From positions 15,476 through 79,475 of the forward strand of contig CACLTT010000005.1 of assembly GCA_902609885.1 (NCBI GenBank): a stretch of DNA of 64,000 nt, read 5' to 3'. Each line of letters starts with the position of its first letter. The first letter of the stretch is position 1. This DNA comes from an uncultured Candidatus Hydrogenedens sp. (GTDB taxonomy: Bacteria; Desulfobacterota_D; UBA1144). Both the position numbers and the translations under genes were made by a program. Below the pieces are notes generated by a model. The model did not search any database and was not told the origin of the DNA. It saw only the letters and a list, made by a program, of their open reading frames with translations. Shown piece after piece: positions 29,575-39,036 of this stretch.

Positions 29575-31124
29575 ATATTTCTCAATCTTTAAAATTAACC
29601 GGGGTTTTTGTTAAATATTTTTCTTTATTTTTATTGGTCCCAATATTTTCTATTTTTTTTATAACAACTGATTTCAAAATCATAATTAGTAAATCGTATC
29701 TAATACAGATTTTACCTTTTTTATTTTCTTCATTTATTACTTTTTTTATAAGCTTGGCTTTAAATAAAATATCTAATGTAATAAGTACTGAAAATGAAGA
29801 ACTGGGTAGGAAAGATGGATTTCTTATAGCAACTTTGGTATGGATTTTTGCTGGATTATTAGGATCTTTGCCTTATATTTTTTCTTCAACGTTAATTCCT
29901 ATTCTTTATCCCCATATTGCTCCAGTATTTGATAACGATATTTTAATAAACTCTTTTTTTGAATCAGTGTCCGGCATCACCACTACTGGAGCTTCAGTAT
30001 TTAGTGTTTTTCCAAATATAGATCAGCATTCAATGATAATATTTTGGCGTTCTTTATCACAGTGGCTTGGTGGGATAGGAATAATTCTGTTGGTTTTAAT
30101 TATATTTCCTAGAATTTCTGTTGGAATAATGCAAATAGCATCAGATCAAGAAGGAACGGGTCCTCAAAAAGAAAGAATGACACCAAGACTATATCAAACA
30201 GGGCTTATACTTCTAATAATTTATTTTGGAATAACACTATTATTATATCTATTGTTATTTTTTATCGGCGATCTAAGTTCTTATGATTCTATTATTCATT
30301 CTTTCAGTACTGTATCCTCTGGTGGTTTTTCAAGTTACCCCTTAAGTATTGAGAGTTTAGCTAATTTTAAAGTAGAAATGATAATTTTAATATTTATGTT
30401 CATATCAGGAATCAGTTTTGCAATTTTCTATTTTTTGATCACTGCAAATTTTCAAAAAATTTTCGAAAATACTGAGTTTAAAACATATATGATTCTTAAT
30501 TTATTATTAATAGTGGGGCTGGCATTTCTCTTAAATAATTATTACAATTACAGCTCTTTATCTGAATCCTTCAGATATGGGGCATTTCAGGCAATTTCAA
30601 TTTCGACTGGCACGGGTTTCACATCATATAATTTTAATGATTGGCCAAGCCACATAAAACTTTTTTTAATTTTCTTTTTGATAATAGGTGGATCTTCAGG
30701 TTCAACCACTGGTGGAGTTAAGATGATAAGGCTTATAATAGTTATGAAAAGAATATATCAAGAGGTTAGAAGAAGGGTTAGCCCAAATATTATATACACA
30801 GTAAAAATTAACAATAAAGTAATAGACGAAGAAGTGGTATCGGGAGTCATGTCTTTTTTATTCTTATTTATATTTGCATGCATATTATCAATTCTGGCAA
30901 TTAACTTAATTGAGCCTGAAATTTCAGCATTTACTGGTGCGTCAGCAGTTTTATCATCCATATCTAATTTAGGACCAGGATTTGAGGGCATTAATCCTCA
31001 TTCCAATTATTCGTTTTTTTCTATCCCGAGCAAAATTTTACTTACTTTTTTAATGTTATTAGGTAGGTTAGAAATTTTTACAATTGTAGCGCTTTTATTA
31101 CCTTCATTTTGGAAGAAATATTAA
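29571..31124 (+). CDS. trkH: Trk potassium uptake system membrane protein TrkH
   Basis: 517-aa polytopic protein with repeated selectivity-filter-like segments (SGITTTGAS, VSSGGFS, STGTGF, GSTTGGVK). Confidence 0.9.
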   Translation: MNISQSLKLTGVFVKYFSLFLLVPIFSIFFITTDFKIIISKSYLIQILPFLFSSFITFFISLALNKISNVISTENEELGRKDGFLIATLVWIFAGLLGSLPYIFSSTLIPILYPHIAPVFDNDILINSFFESVSGITTTGASVFSVFPNIDQHSMIIFWRSLSQWLGGIGIILLVLIIFPRISVGIMQIASDQEGTGPQKERMTPRLYQTGLILLIIYFGITLLLYLLLFFIGDLSSYDSIIHSFSTVSSGGFSSYPLSIESLANFKVEMIILIFMFISGISFAIFYFLITANFQKIFENTEFKTYMILNLLLIVGLAFLLNNYYNYSSLSESFRYGAFQAISISTGTGFTSYNFNDWPSHIKLFLIFFLIIGGSSGSTTGGVKMIRLIIVMKRIYQEVRRRVSPNIIYTVKINNKVIDEEVVSGVMSFLFLFIFACILSILAINLIEPEISAFTGASAVLSSISNLGPGFEGINPHSNYSFFSIPSKILLTFLMLLGRLEIFTIVALLLPSFWKKY

Positions 31125-31153
31125 TTTTTTTTGTGTTAAAATTTTTTTAAATT

Positions 31154-32041
31154 ATGAAAAAAAGCAAAGTGGTATTGATTGGAAATTTTGATGGCATACA
31201 TCTTGGTCATCAAAAATTAATAAGTAAAGCAAAAAAAATTGCAGAACAAAAAAAACAAAAACTTGTTTTGATTACATTTAATCCGCATCCAAGAGAAATA
31301 ATTAATAATACTGAAATGGATTTGATCCTCCCATATAAAGAAAAAAAATTATTATTAAAAAATTATGGTATAGACAAGATTAATGAAATTAAATTCACAA
31401 ATAAATTATCGAAACTCAGTGCCGAAGAATTTGCAAAAGAATATATATACAAAGCGCATAATCCTTCTGACATAGTTATAGGTAAAAACTTTAAATTTGG
31501 TCATAAAGCTAGAGGTGATGCAAAGCTATTAAAAGATTTATTATCTAAAAAAGTCAAAGTTCACAGTATAGATATAAAAAGACTCGATAGTCTTGTAATA
31601 AGCTCATCTGAAATAAAGAAGTTAATTTCTAAAGGGAGCATTGAAAAGGTAAATAAATTATTAGGAAGAAACTATCATATCTCAGGTAAAGTAATTCATG
31701 GTGAGAAAAGGGGGAGACTGATAGGATTTCCAACAACTAATTTGAGTACTGAGTGGAATTTTTTACCCAAAAAAGGAGTTTATGTCTCAAAAGTTGTGAT
31801 AAGTGATAAATCGTATCAAAGCATTACGAATATTGGAGTCAGACCAACTTTTAATGCAAATTCTCTTCAAATAGAATCCCATATTTTTGATTTTAATAAA
31901 AATGTTTACGGCAAAAAAATTAAAATTTATTTCCTTGCTAGAATCAGAAATGAGAAAAAATTTGAAACAGTTGAAAAACTTATAGAAAATATTACTAAGG
32001 ACGTTAATTTTGGAAGAAAATATTTTAAAAATTTCAGGTAA
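31154..32041 (+). CDS. ribF: bifunctional riboflavin kinase / FAD synthetase
   Basis: 295 aa. N-terminal LIGNFDGIHLGHQKLI and a C-terminal riboflavin-kinase domain (GFPTTNL, ESHIFDF). Confidence 0.92.
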   Translation: MKKSKVVLIGNFDGIHLGHQKLISKAKKIAEQKKQKLVLITFNPHPREIINNTEMDLILPYKEKKLLLKNYGIDKINEIKFTNKLSKLSAEEFAKEYIYKAHNPSDIVIGKNFKFGHKARGDAKLLKDLLSKKVKVHSIDIKRLDSLVISSSEIKKLISKGSIEKVNKLLGRNYHISGKVIHGEKRGRLIGFPTTNLSTEWNFLPKKGVYVSKVVISDKSYQSITNIGVRPTFNANSLQIESHIFDFNKNVYGKKIKIYFLARIRNEKKFETVEKLIENITKDVNFGRKYFKNFR

Positions 32042-32873
32042 TTCAAAAGTTTACACGGTTATAGGCAATCCTATTCACCACAGTAAATCACCCAATATGC
32101 ATAACGCCGCATTTAGTAAGCTTGGAATAAATGCTTGTTACGTTCCTCTTGCGCCCAATGAAAATGAAGTAGAACATATTTGTGACCTTGTGAGATCGAA
32201 TGTTATTTCAGGCTCTAATGTAACGATTCCATATAAAGAAGAAGTGATTAAATATATTGACGTACTAACTGATGAAGCAAAACTTATTGGTTCAGTTAAT
32301 ACCCTCTATTCAATAGACAATAAATTACACGGACATAATACTGACGGTTTAGGTTTTAGTCGGTCACTTTTTATTGATAATAGTTTTGAACCTGCTGAAA
32401 AAAAAGCCATTGTTTTAGGTGCGGGCGGAGCATCTAAAGCTATCTGTTCAAAATTATGTTCAAATAAAATATCTAGTCTTTTAATTTTTGATATTGATCA
32501 TGAAAAAGCACTGGAATTAAAAGAGCATTTAGAAAGTTTTAATTTTAAAACTGATATTAAAATTATTTCTCAAAATGAAGTAGATCAAATCTCTAAAGAA
32601 TCTGATTTAATAGTGAACTGTACACCCATTGGTATGAAAGAATCTGATCCAGAATTAATTAATTCTGACTGCTTTAAAAAAACTCAATTTGTCTATGATT
32701 TAATTTATTCCCCTTCTAAAACAAAATTATTGATGTCAGCTGAAACAAAAGGTGCAAAAATAATTAATGGGTTAGATATGTTGGCTTATCAGGGTGCTGA
32801 AAGTTTTTCATTATGGGAAAAAGTTGATCCTCCATATGAAATAATGTCTCAGGAGCTGCGATATGGAAAATAA
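32010..32873 (+). CDS. aroE: shikimate dehydrogenase
   Basis: 287 aa with YTVIGNPIHHSKSPNMHNAAF, NVTIPYKE and LGAGGASKA. TTG start overlaps ribF by 32 nt. Confidence 0.9.
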   Translation: MEENILKISGNSKVYTVIGNPIHHSKSPNMHNAAFSKLGINACYVPLAPNENEVEHICDLVRSNVISGSNVTIPYKEEVIKYIDVLTDEAKLIGSVNTLYSIDNKLHGHNTDGLGFSRSLFIDNSFEPAEKKAIVLGAGGASKAICSKLCSNKISSLLIFDIDHEKALELKEHLESFNFKTDIKIISQNEVDQISKESDLIVNCTPIGMKESDPELINSDCFKKTQFVYDLIYSPSKTKLLMSAETKGAKIINGLDMLAYQGAESFSLWEKVDPPYEIMSQELRYGK

Positions 32874-34194
32874 TTTTAATTGTTGGTTTCAAAGTATCGA
32901 TGATCCCAATAATAAATTTCCTATTGATAAAATAATTTATAGATGCCCTGATACAGGAAGCCTGTTAGAGGTCGCTCATGACATGGAAGCTCTAAAAAAA
33001 CATGATTCAACTTATTGGAAAGATCTATTTGATTCTCGTTACAGAAGACAAAGCTGGCCTTATGGTAGTGGAGTATGGGGAAAGAAGGAATGGGTTGTCC
33101 CTTTCATAGATGATAAAAACATAGTCTCTATGTATGAGGGTTCTACAAATCTATTTTGGGCTGATAGATATGGCAAGCAGATTGGAGTAGAGGATTTATG
33201 GATCAAAATGTGCGGAAATAGTCATACTGGATCTTTTAAAGATTTAGGGATGACTGTTTTAGTTTCCGCGGTAAAACAGCTAATAGATAATGGAAACGAA
33301 ATTAAAGCCGTTGCTTGTGCATCAACTGGCGATACTTCGGCAGCACTAAGTGCATATTGTGCCGCTGCGGGTTTAAAATCAATTGTTTTTCTTCCAAAAA
33401 ATAAAGTTTCTGTCGCACAACTTGTCCAGCCACTTGCAAATGGCGCAACTGTACTTTCTATCGATTCAGACTTTGATGGTTGCATGAAAATTGTTCAAGA
33501 AGTTTGCAAAAAAAATAATATCTATCTAGCAAATTCAATAAATTCTTTAAGAATCGAAGGGCAGAAGACTATAAGTATTGAATTATGTCAGCAATTTGAT
33601 TGGGAAGTTCCCGATTGGGTTATTATACCCGGGGGTAATCTAGGTAATATTTCTGCTTTAGGTAAGGGTTTTTTGATGCTCAGAGATTTGGGTTTAATTG
33701 ATAAATTGCCTAGGCTAGTATGTGCTCAAGCTAAAAATGCTAATCCTTTATATCTAAGCTATTTAAAAGATTTTAAATCTTTTGAACCAGTATCTGCAAA
33801 GACCACTCTAGCAAATGCTATTCAAATTGGCGATCCTGTTAGTGTTAATAAAGCGATTAAGATATTAAAAGAGTTTGATGGGATAGTTGAACAATCTTCT
33901 GAAGATGAACTAGCCAGCTCAACTGCCAAAGTTGATCTGACAGGAACATTTAATTGCCCTCATACAGGAGTAGCAATATCAGTTTTTGAAAAATTAGTTA
34001 AAAATAAGACAATAAAAAAATCAGATAAAGTTGTAATAATATCAACAGCTCATGGATTAAAATTTGTTGATTCTAAGATTGATTACCATTTAGAAAAATT
34101 AACAGGAATTTCTAATACTTATTCTAATTTGCCAATCAATGTAGATAACTCTATTGATGATGTTATGAAAGTATTAGATACAGAAATAAAATGA
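32863..34194 (+). CDS. thrC: threonine synthase
   Basis: 443 aa. PLP-lysine motif HTGSFKDLGM, ASTGDTSAAL and IPGGNLGN. Confidence 0.9.
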   Translation: MENNFNCWFQSIDDPNNKFPIDKIIYRCPDTGSLLEVAHDMEALKKHDSTYWKDLFDSRYRRQSWPYGSGVWGKKEWVVPFIDDKNIVSMYEGSTNLFWADRYGKQIGVEDLWIKMCGNSHTGSFKDLGMTVLVSAVKQLIDNGNEIKAVACASTGDTSAALSAYCAAAGLKSIVFLPKNKVSVAQLVQPLANGATVLSIDSDFDGCMKIVQEVCKKNNIYLANSINSLRIEGQKTISIELCQQFDWEVPDWVIIPGGNLGNISALGKGFLMLRDLGLIDKLPRLVCAQAKNANPLYLSYLKDFKSFEPVSAKTTLANAIQIGDPVSVNKAIKILKEFDGIVEQSSEDELASSTAKVDLTGTFNCPHTGVAISVFEKLVKNKTIKKSDKVVIISTAHGLKFVDSKIDYHLEKLTGISNTYSNLPINVDNSIDDVMKVLDTEIK

Positions 34195-34829
34195 TAAAGA
34201 ACAAACTATCGGGATTATATTTAATTTCTGATGAGTCTTTAATTGATCAATCAAAATATTTTGATTTTTTAAATGATGCACTGTCTGCAAAGCCATCAAT
34301 ATTTCAGCTGAGAATAAAAGGAAGTCCTAAAGAGGAAATTTTATATAAAGCAAAAGAATTAAGAAAAATTACTAATAAACACGATGTTATTTTCATAATT
34401 AATGATATGGCCGATATTGTTAATCAAATTGATGCAGACGGTCTACATATTGGTAAAGACGATCAAAATTTTGAGGAATGCAGAAAAATCATAGGAGAAA
34501 ATAAAATTTTAGGAGTTTCTTGTTACGGTGATAATGATCGAGCCAATAAATTTATAAATAAAAATGCTGACTATATCGCAATTGGAACCCCATATTTCAC
34601 AAAAACTAAACCTGATAGACTTCCGACAAGTTTTGATACTATGAAAAAAATTACATCGCCAAAAATGACAGTTCCAATTTTTGCAATTGGTGGAATTGAA
34701 ACATCAAATGTTGATCAAGTAATGTCCACCGGTGTATCAGGAGTCGCAGTGATTAACGGAGTTTTTTCATATAATAATCCTAGAGAAAAAGTGATAGAAT
34801 TTAATTCAATTTTAAAAAAATTTAAATAA
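34191..34829 (+). CDS. thiE: thiamine-phosphate synthase
   Basis: 212 aa with GLYLISDE, ADGLHIGKDD and FAIGGI...GVSGVAVI. Confidence 0.88.
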   Translation: MIKNKLSGLYLISDESLIDQSKYFDFLNDALSAKPSIFQLRIKGSPKEEILYKAKELRKITNKHDVIFIINDMADIVNQIDADGLHIGKDDQNFEECRKIIGENKILGVSCYGDNDRANKFINKNADYIAIGTPYFTKTKPDRLPTSFDTMKKITSPKMTVPIFAIGGIETSNVDQVMSTGVSGVAVINGVFSYNNPREKVIEFNSILKKFK

Positions 34830-35873
34830 TTTTTTCCCCTGCCTTTTAAAATTATCTAACCTTTCACATAGAGCATGGCTAAAAATTGGTAGAGCAATAG
34901 TTGCGTCACAATAACATTGAACCAGTTGTCCCTCAGGATCTTCTTTTCCCCATGATACTGCTTCTTCAAACGTACATCCTGATAAACTTCCCCACTGAGG
35001 AGAGTCGGTCGTAATCTGAATTGCATACTTATGTGGATAATACGTTTCATCTTTTCCAATATTTTTTCGGATCCTACCATCACTTCTTGAAGGTACTTTT
35101 CTATCAGAATATAAAAGATCAGCAGTTACAGAAAAGAGCTGAATCCAATCTTTTGGTACCCCACCACCTATATATACAACACCAGTTTCTTTCACTTTTT
35201 CTGCCAATGACATATATTCCGTATAATCTTTAATTGCATCAATTTTTAAATTAAAATTTTTTGATTTTGCAATCAAGGCGGCGTCTCCGTAAGGACTATC
35301 CGCAAAAGCGGGACAAAAAATTGGAACATCATTCCTAGCCGCTGAAGAAACTATTGAATCAATATTTTTTGTTAATAACCAGTCGCCAAAATATTTTAAA
35401 AATTCCCTAGATGAATAAATGTAATCACCATCTAAAGTTAAAATGAATTCCGCAATCAATTCAGTCATTTCTAGATATTCTGATTCATCTCCAAGAATGT
35501 CATAATATCTGTTGAACCCTTTTTCAAAGAGTTCTGAATCATTAGAATTTTGACTATATTGTAAATATGAACCTCCCATTGCTTCAACTATGTCTTCAGA
35601 TATATTTGCACCTGTTGGAACCAAAATATCAATATAATTATTATCTAGTAACCAATTAATAATTTTCCATTGCCCGGTTGTAGATAACGAAGCGGCATAG
35701 CCAAAAAGTATTGTTACATCGGGATTTCTCACCATATTTTCAAATACTGATACAGTTTTTGCGAGATTTTTGCCCTGAAAACCCGTATTTTCCATTAAAC
35801 TGAGCAATTCTGATATTTTTCTATTTTTTTTAACTTCTATTGATTCAACTTTTTTATCTTTATTAATGTTCAT
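34812..35873 (-). CDS. deoxyhypusine synthase-like protein (DHS / homospermidine synthase-like family)
   Basis: About 353 aa from ATG 35873 (the track ORF begins at TTG 35909). DHS-family pattern including TGANISEDI, YIGGGVPKDWI and the active-site lysine context FEEAVSWGK. Confidence 0.8.
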   Translation of the reverse strand: MNINKDKKVESIEVKKNRKISELLSLMENTGFQGKNLAKTVSVFENMVRNPDVTILFGYAASLSTTGQWKIINWLLDNNYIDILVPTGANISEDIVEAMGGSYLQYSQNSNDSELFEKGFNRYYDILGDESEYLEMTELIAEFILTLDGDYIYSSREFLKYFGDWLLTKNIDSIVSSAARNDVPIFCPAFADSPYGDAALIAKSKNFNLKIDAIKDYTEYMSLAEKVKETGVVYIGGGVPKDWIQLFSVTADLLYSDRKVPSRSDGRIRKNIGKDETYYPHKYAIQITTDSPQWGSLSGCTFEEAVSWGKEDPEGQLVQCYCDATIALPIFSHALCERLDNFKRQGKKLFKFF

Positions 35874-35925
35874 ATATTTTCTTATTTTAACAGAGATATT
35901 CTTTATCAAACAAAAATTAAATGGT

Positions 35926-35953
35926 TTGACAAAAAAATTATATATTTCATAAT
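35926..35953 (+). promoter_or_regulatory. sigma70-type promoter upstream of the aminotransferase gene
   Basis: TTGACA (35926-35931), a 16-nt spacer, then CATAAT (35948-35953). This lies about 55 nt before ATG 36008, which has a GGAGG RBS. Confidence 0.4.
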
Positions 35954-36007
35954 TTCTATTTCAATCACTATTAAAGGTTACCTTAGAGTGCCTTTGGAGG
36001 TATCTGC

Positions 36008-37183
36008 ATGGGATACAATTTTAGTAAAAGAACTGATCACTTTACACTGCCAAAACAGTGGGCAAGCATGAGAGTTGCAAAAAAACTCGAACAAGAAACT
36101 GGTAAAAAAATTATCCACTTTGAAAAAGGTGATTATCAAGGACCAGACTTCGAAACCCCAGAGCATATTTTAAAAGCAACTGTCGATGCTTTAAATGCAG
36201 GGTATGTCAGATATGATCCAGGACCTGGTTTACCTGAGCTAAGAGAATATATAGCAACAGAAATAATGAAAGAGAGAAGACCAGGAACTAAACCAGAAGA
36301 AGTAATTGTTTGCGCCGGAGCTAAGAACGCTTTAACAATGACATTACTAACTCTTTTAGAAGACGGAGACCATGTCATTTTTCCAAACCCTGGATATCCA
36401 CCTGATGAAGTTTGGGCTAAATATGCAGGAGCTAAAATTGACCATACTCCACTAAATCAAGAAGACTGGCAATATGATTTAGAAAAATTAGATAATATGA
36501 TTACTGATAAAACAAAATTATTAATTATTAATACTCCACAGCGTCCTAACGGGCAGATAGTTGAAAATCCTGAGGCAATAGCAGAAATAGTATTAAAGCA
36601 CCCTGACTTGTTAGTCATAACAGATGAAATTTTTAGTCAGGTTATATATGATGGTAAAAAACATAAAACAATCTCTTCAATTCCAGAGATGAAAGACAGA
36701 TGTATTGTTATTGATACTTGGTCAAAAACCTATGCAATGACTGGCTGGAGAATAGGATTTGCTGTTGCAAATGAAGAAATTATTACTAAACTTTCAATCT
36801 TCCTTCAAGATTCAATTACAAATGTTGCTGCATTTATTCAAAGAGCTGCATATGAGGCAGTGACAGGACCTCAAGATTGGACTTATGAAAAAAGAGAATT
36901 ATTACAACATAAAAGAAATTTAATGGTAAAGGGGCTTAACGAAGTACCAGGACTAAAATGTATTACCCCTCCTGGATCTTTCTATTGCTTCCCTGACATA
37001 ACTGGTACAGGTCTTACATCTCAAGAGTTTACTGACAAACTTGTTGTAGAGGCTGGTGTAGCAGTTGTTGCAGGTACAGCTTTTGGTACCCAAGGTGAAG
37101 GATTTGTTCGTGTTACCTATGCGGTTCACGACGATGATATTCACGAGGGCATTGAGAGAATGAAGCAACTTTTTTCTAAATAA
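36008..37183 (+). CDS. class I/II pyridoxal-phosphate-dependent aminotransferase (aspartate aminotransferase-like)
   Basis: 391 aa. PLP-lysine context DTWSKTYAMTGWRIGF and INTPQRPNG. Substrate specificity cannot be determined from the sequence alone. Confidence 0.85.
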   Translation: MGYNFSKRTDHFTLPKQWASMRVAKKLEQETGKKIIHFEKGDYQGPDFETPEHILKATVDALNAGYVRYDPGPGLPELREYIATEIMKERRPGTKPEEVIVCAGAKNALTMTLLTLLEDGDHVIFPNPGYPPDEVWAKYAGAKIDHTPLNQEDWQYDLEKLDNMITDKTKLLIINTPQRPNGQIVENPEAIAEIVLKHPDLLVITDEIFSQVIYDGKKHKTISSIPEMKDRCIVIDTWSKTYAMTGWRIGFAVANEEIITKLSIFLQDSITNVAAFIQRAAYEAVTGPQDWTYEKRELLQHKRNLMVKGLNEVPGLKCITPPGSFYCFPDITGTGLTSQEFTDKLVVEAGVAVVAGTAFGTQGEGFVRVTYAVHDDDIHEGIERMKQLFSK

Positions 37184-37185
37184 TA

Positions 37186-38007
37186 ATGAGGCTAGTAAAA
37201 AAAGTTTTTGGAAGCTTTAAATACTCACTTCTTCTTCTAACTTTTTTTCTTCTAATTGTAGCATGCTCTAAGGCTCCCGTTACTGGAAGAAGCCAATTAA
37301 TTTTAATTTCTGAATCTCAAGAAATTCAACTTGGATTAACCGCCTATGATCAAGTTTTAAGTAGTGAAAAACTTTCATCAAATCAAGAATACGTTTCGGC
37401 TGTTAAGAGAGTAGGTAATAAGATTGCTCCATTTACCGAAAAAAATTATAATTGGAGATTCAATGTTATAGAGTCCAGTCAAGTTAATGCATGGTGTCTT
37501 CCTGGAGGAAAAATTGCATTTTATGAAGGAATCCTAGATATAATGGAGAACGAGGGCCAAATTGCAGCTGTTATGGGACATGAAATTGCTCATGCGACCG
37601 CAAGGCATGGTGGTGAGAGAATAAGCCTAGGAATTTTAACTCAAGTTGGGGCAATAGCTCTACAAATTGCTTTAAGAGAAGAAGACCCTGCAATTCAGTA
37701 CGCCGTCTTTCAAGCATATATTCCTGCTGTATCTATTGGTGCAATTTTACCTTTTAGCAGAAAGCAAGAATATGAGGCTGACAGAATGGGTATGGTTTAT
37801 ATGGCAAGAGCAGGTTATGATCCACAAGAAGCCATCAACTTATGGAAAATAATGTTAGAGGTTAATAAAGGAAAAGAAAGACCTCCTCAATGGCTAAGCA
37901 CACATCCAATTACCGAAAATAGAATAAAAGAACTTGAAGAGTTTTTGCCCGAGGCATTAGAAATTTATAATGATTCAGATAAAGAACCAAATAGAAAAAT
38001 TAGATGA
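37186..38007 (+). CDS. M48-family zinc metallopeptidase lipoprotein (YcaL/LoiP-like)
   Basis: 273 aa. Lipobox LIVAC, HExxH motif GHEIAHATARH, and a downstream E-x-x-A-D (EYEADRMG). Confidence 0.82.
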   Translation: MRLVKKVFGSFKYSLLLLTFFLLIVACSKAPVTGRSQLILISESQEIQLGLTAYDQVLSSEKLSSNQEYVSAVKRVGNKIAPFTEKNYNWRFNVIESSQVNAWCLPGGKIAFYEGILDIMENEGQIAAVMGHEIAHATARHGGERISLGILTQVGAIALQIALREEDPAIQYAVFQAYIPAVSIGAILPFSRKQEYEADRMGMVYMARAGYDPQEAINLWKIMLEVNKGKERPPQWLSTHPITENRIKELEEFLPEALEIYNDSDKEPNRKIR

Positions 38008-38012
38008 AATAT

Positions 38013-38954
38013 TTATGATATAAAATGAATTGATACGACAATTCCTACAGATACTATCAATCCAAAAATCATCTTTAAAAAGTCTTTACCTATGATTGGA
38101 AAAACATATCCTAATTTATAATCGGCTACTACTGTCGCAATGGCTAGTTCTCTACCGCACAATAAGCCTACAAATACCCAAGTTGTACTCATTGGAATAT
38201 CATTATATTGTTTAAAATATAATAAGATAAATGCATAAAAGAAATCAATAATTGTGGCACTTCGAATAAATCTAGTCCCTCTTTTGCTTAAAACAATCTT
38301 TTGTATATTCCCGCCTTTTTCATAAAATACATAAAACAATAAAGATGATAGTAGTACACAAGCTATTATCAACACATCAATAGGAACTTTCCTTGGTAAA
38401 AAAACTGCAATGTTAGCCATGTCATGAGATAACCAAATGAACCACAAGAAGCCTGTTGTTAACCACTGACCAACTCTCCAAGCTCTTGGATTTTTAACCA
38501 CATCAAATTTTTCATTAATAAATTTTGAGATCCCAATCCAAGCTCCATAAGCTATGATCGCTGCCAATGCATAACCCATTACAGATTTTACTAACATCTT
38601 TTCTAGGACAAAAGTAGAAGCAAATGCGGACAAAACTAAAAATGAGGTTGATACAGGAATACCAGCTCGCGTTAAAACTAATAAAATTAATGGTGCTACA
38701 GCATGATACCATTGTGGTTCAAAATACGGTATCTTGTTTAATCTTCCATAAGTAATATCACCAACATAGGTATACCAACCATATACAAGTGTTATACAAA
38801 GTATGATTGAAGCTGCAGTTGCTAGATAATACCACTTAAATTTTTCTGAATTGGATGCAATAAAAGTACCTAGAGTTTGCACACTATCATTTGCAATAAC
38901 CGAATAAGATGCCAATGCAAATCCTATAAGAGCATAAATATTTAGAAGTTCCAT
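38013..38954 (-). CDS. short PiT/PHO4-superfamily-like membrane protein (putative phosphate carrier)
   Basis: 313-aa polytopic protein. The N-half motif VIANDSVQTLGTF and the C-half motif SHDMANIAVF resemble the duplicated GANDVAN.xGT signature of PiT carriers. AAGGAG RBS. It lies downstream of the phoBR-like pair. Confidence 0.5.
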   Translation of the reverse strand: MELLNIYALIGFALASYSVIANDSVQTLGTFIASNSEKFKWYYLATAASIILCITLVYGWYTYVGDITYGRLNKIPYFEPQWYHAVAPLILLVLTRAGIPVSTSFLVLSAFASTFVLEKMLVKSVMGYALAAIIAYGAWIGISKFINEKFDVVKNPRAWRVGQWLTTGFLWFIWLSHDMANIAVFLPRKVPIDVLIIACVLLSSLLFYVFYEKGGNIQKIVLSKRGTRFIRSATIIDFFYAFILLYFKQYNDIPMSTTWVFVGLLCGRELAIATVVADYKLGYVFPIIGKDFLKMIFGLIVSVGIVVSIHFIS

Positions 38955-38992
38955 AAGAATTACTCCTTAATTTTTTTCAATAATTAAAATTG

Positions 38993-39036
38993 GTTAATGT
39001 TAAGTTTGTGTTAAGAGTTTGTGAAATTTTAGTTAA
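38993..39036 (-). promoter_or_regulatory. array of 11-bp-phased TTAAC/TTCAC direct repeats upstream of the PiT-like gene (candidate Pho box array)
   Basis: The minus strand reads TTAACTAAAAT|TTCACAAACTC|TTAACACAAAC|TTAACATTAAC. The cores sit at 39036, 39025, 39014 and 39003, with an extra core at 38997. The last phased core is about 45 nt from the start codon. Confidence 0.55.

Noticed and set aside
34800-38950. Locally higher GC and different codon usage (also at 6.2-8.7 kb, 44.4-46.0 kb and 47.6-49.2 kb), which might suggest horizontally acquired islands
   Set aside because: The richer segments coincide with highly conserved or highly expressed genes (ftsZ/ftsA, aminotransferase, purH, major OMP). 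They lack any mobility genes, tRNA flanks or direct repeats. The compositional variation is best explained by selection on protein sequence and expression, not by transfer.
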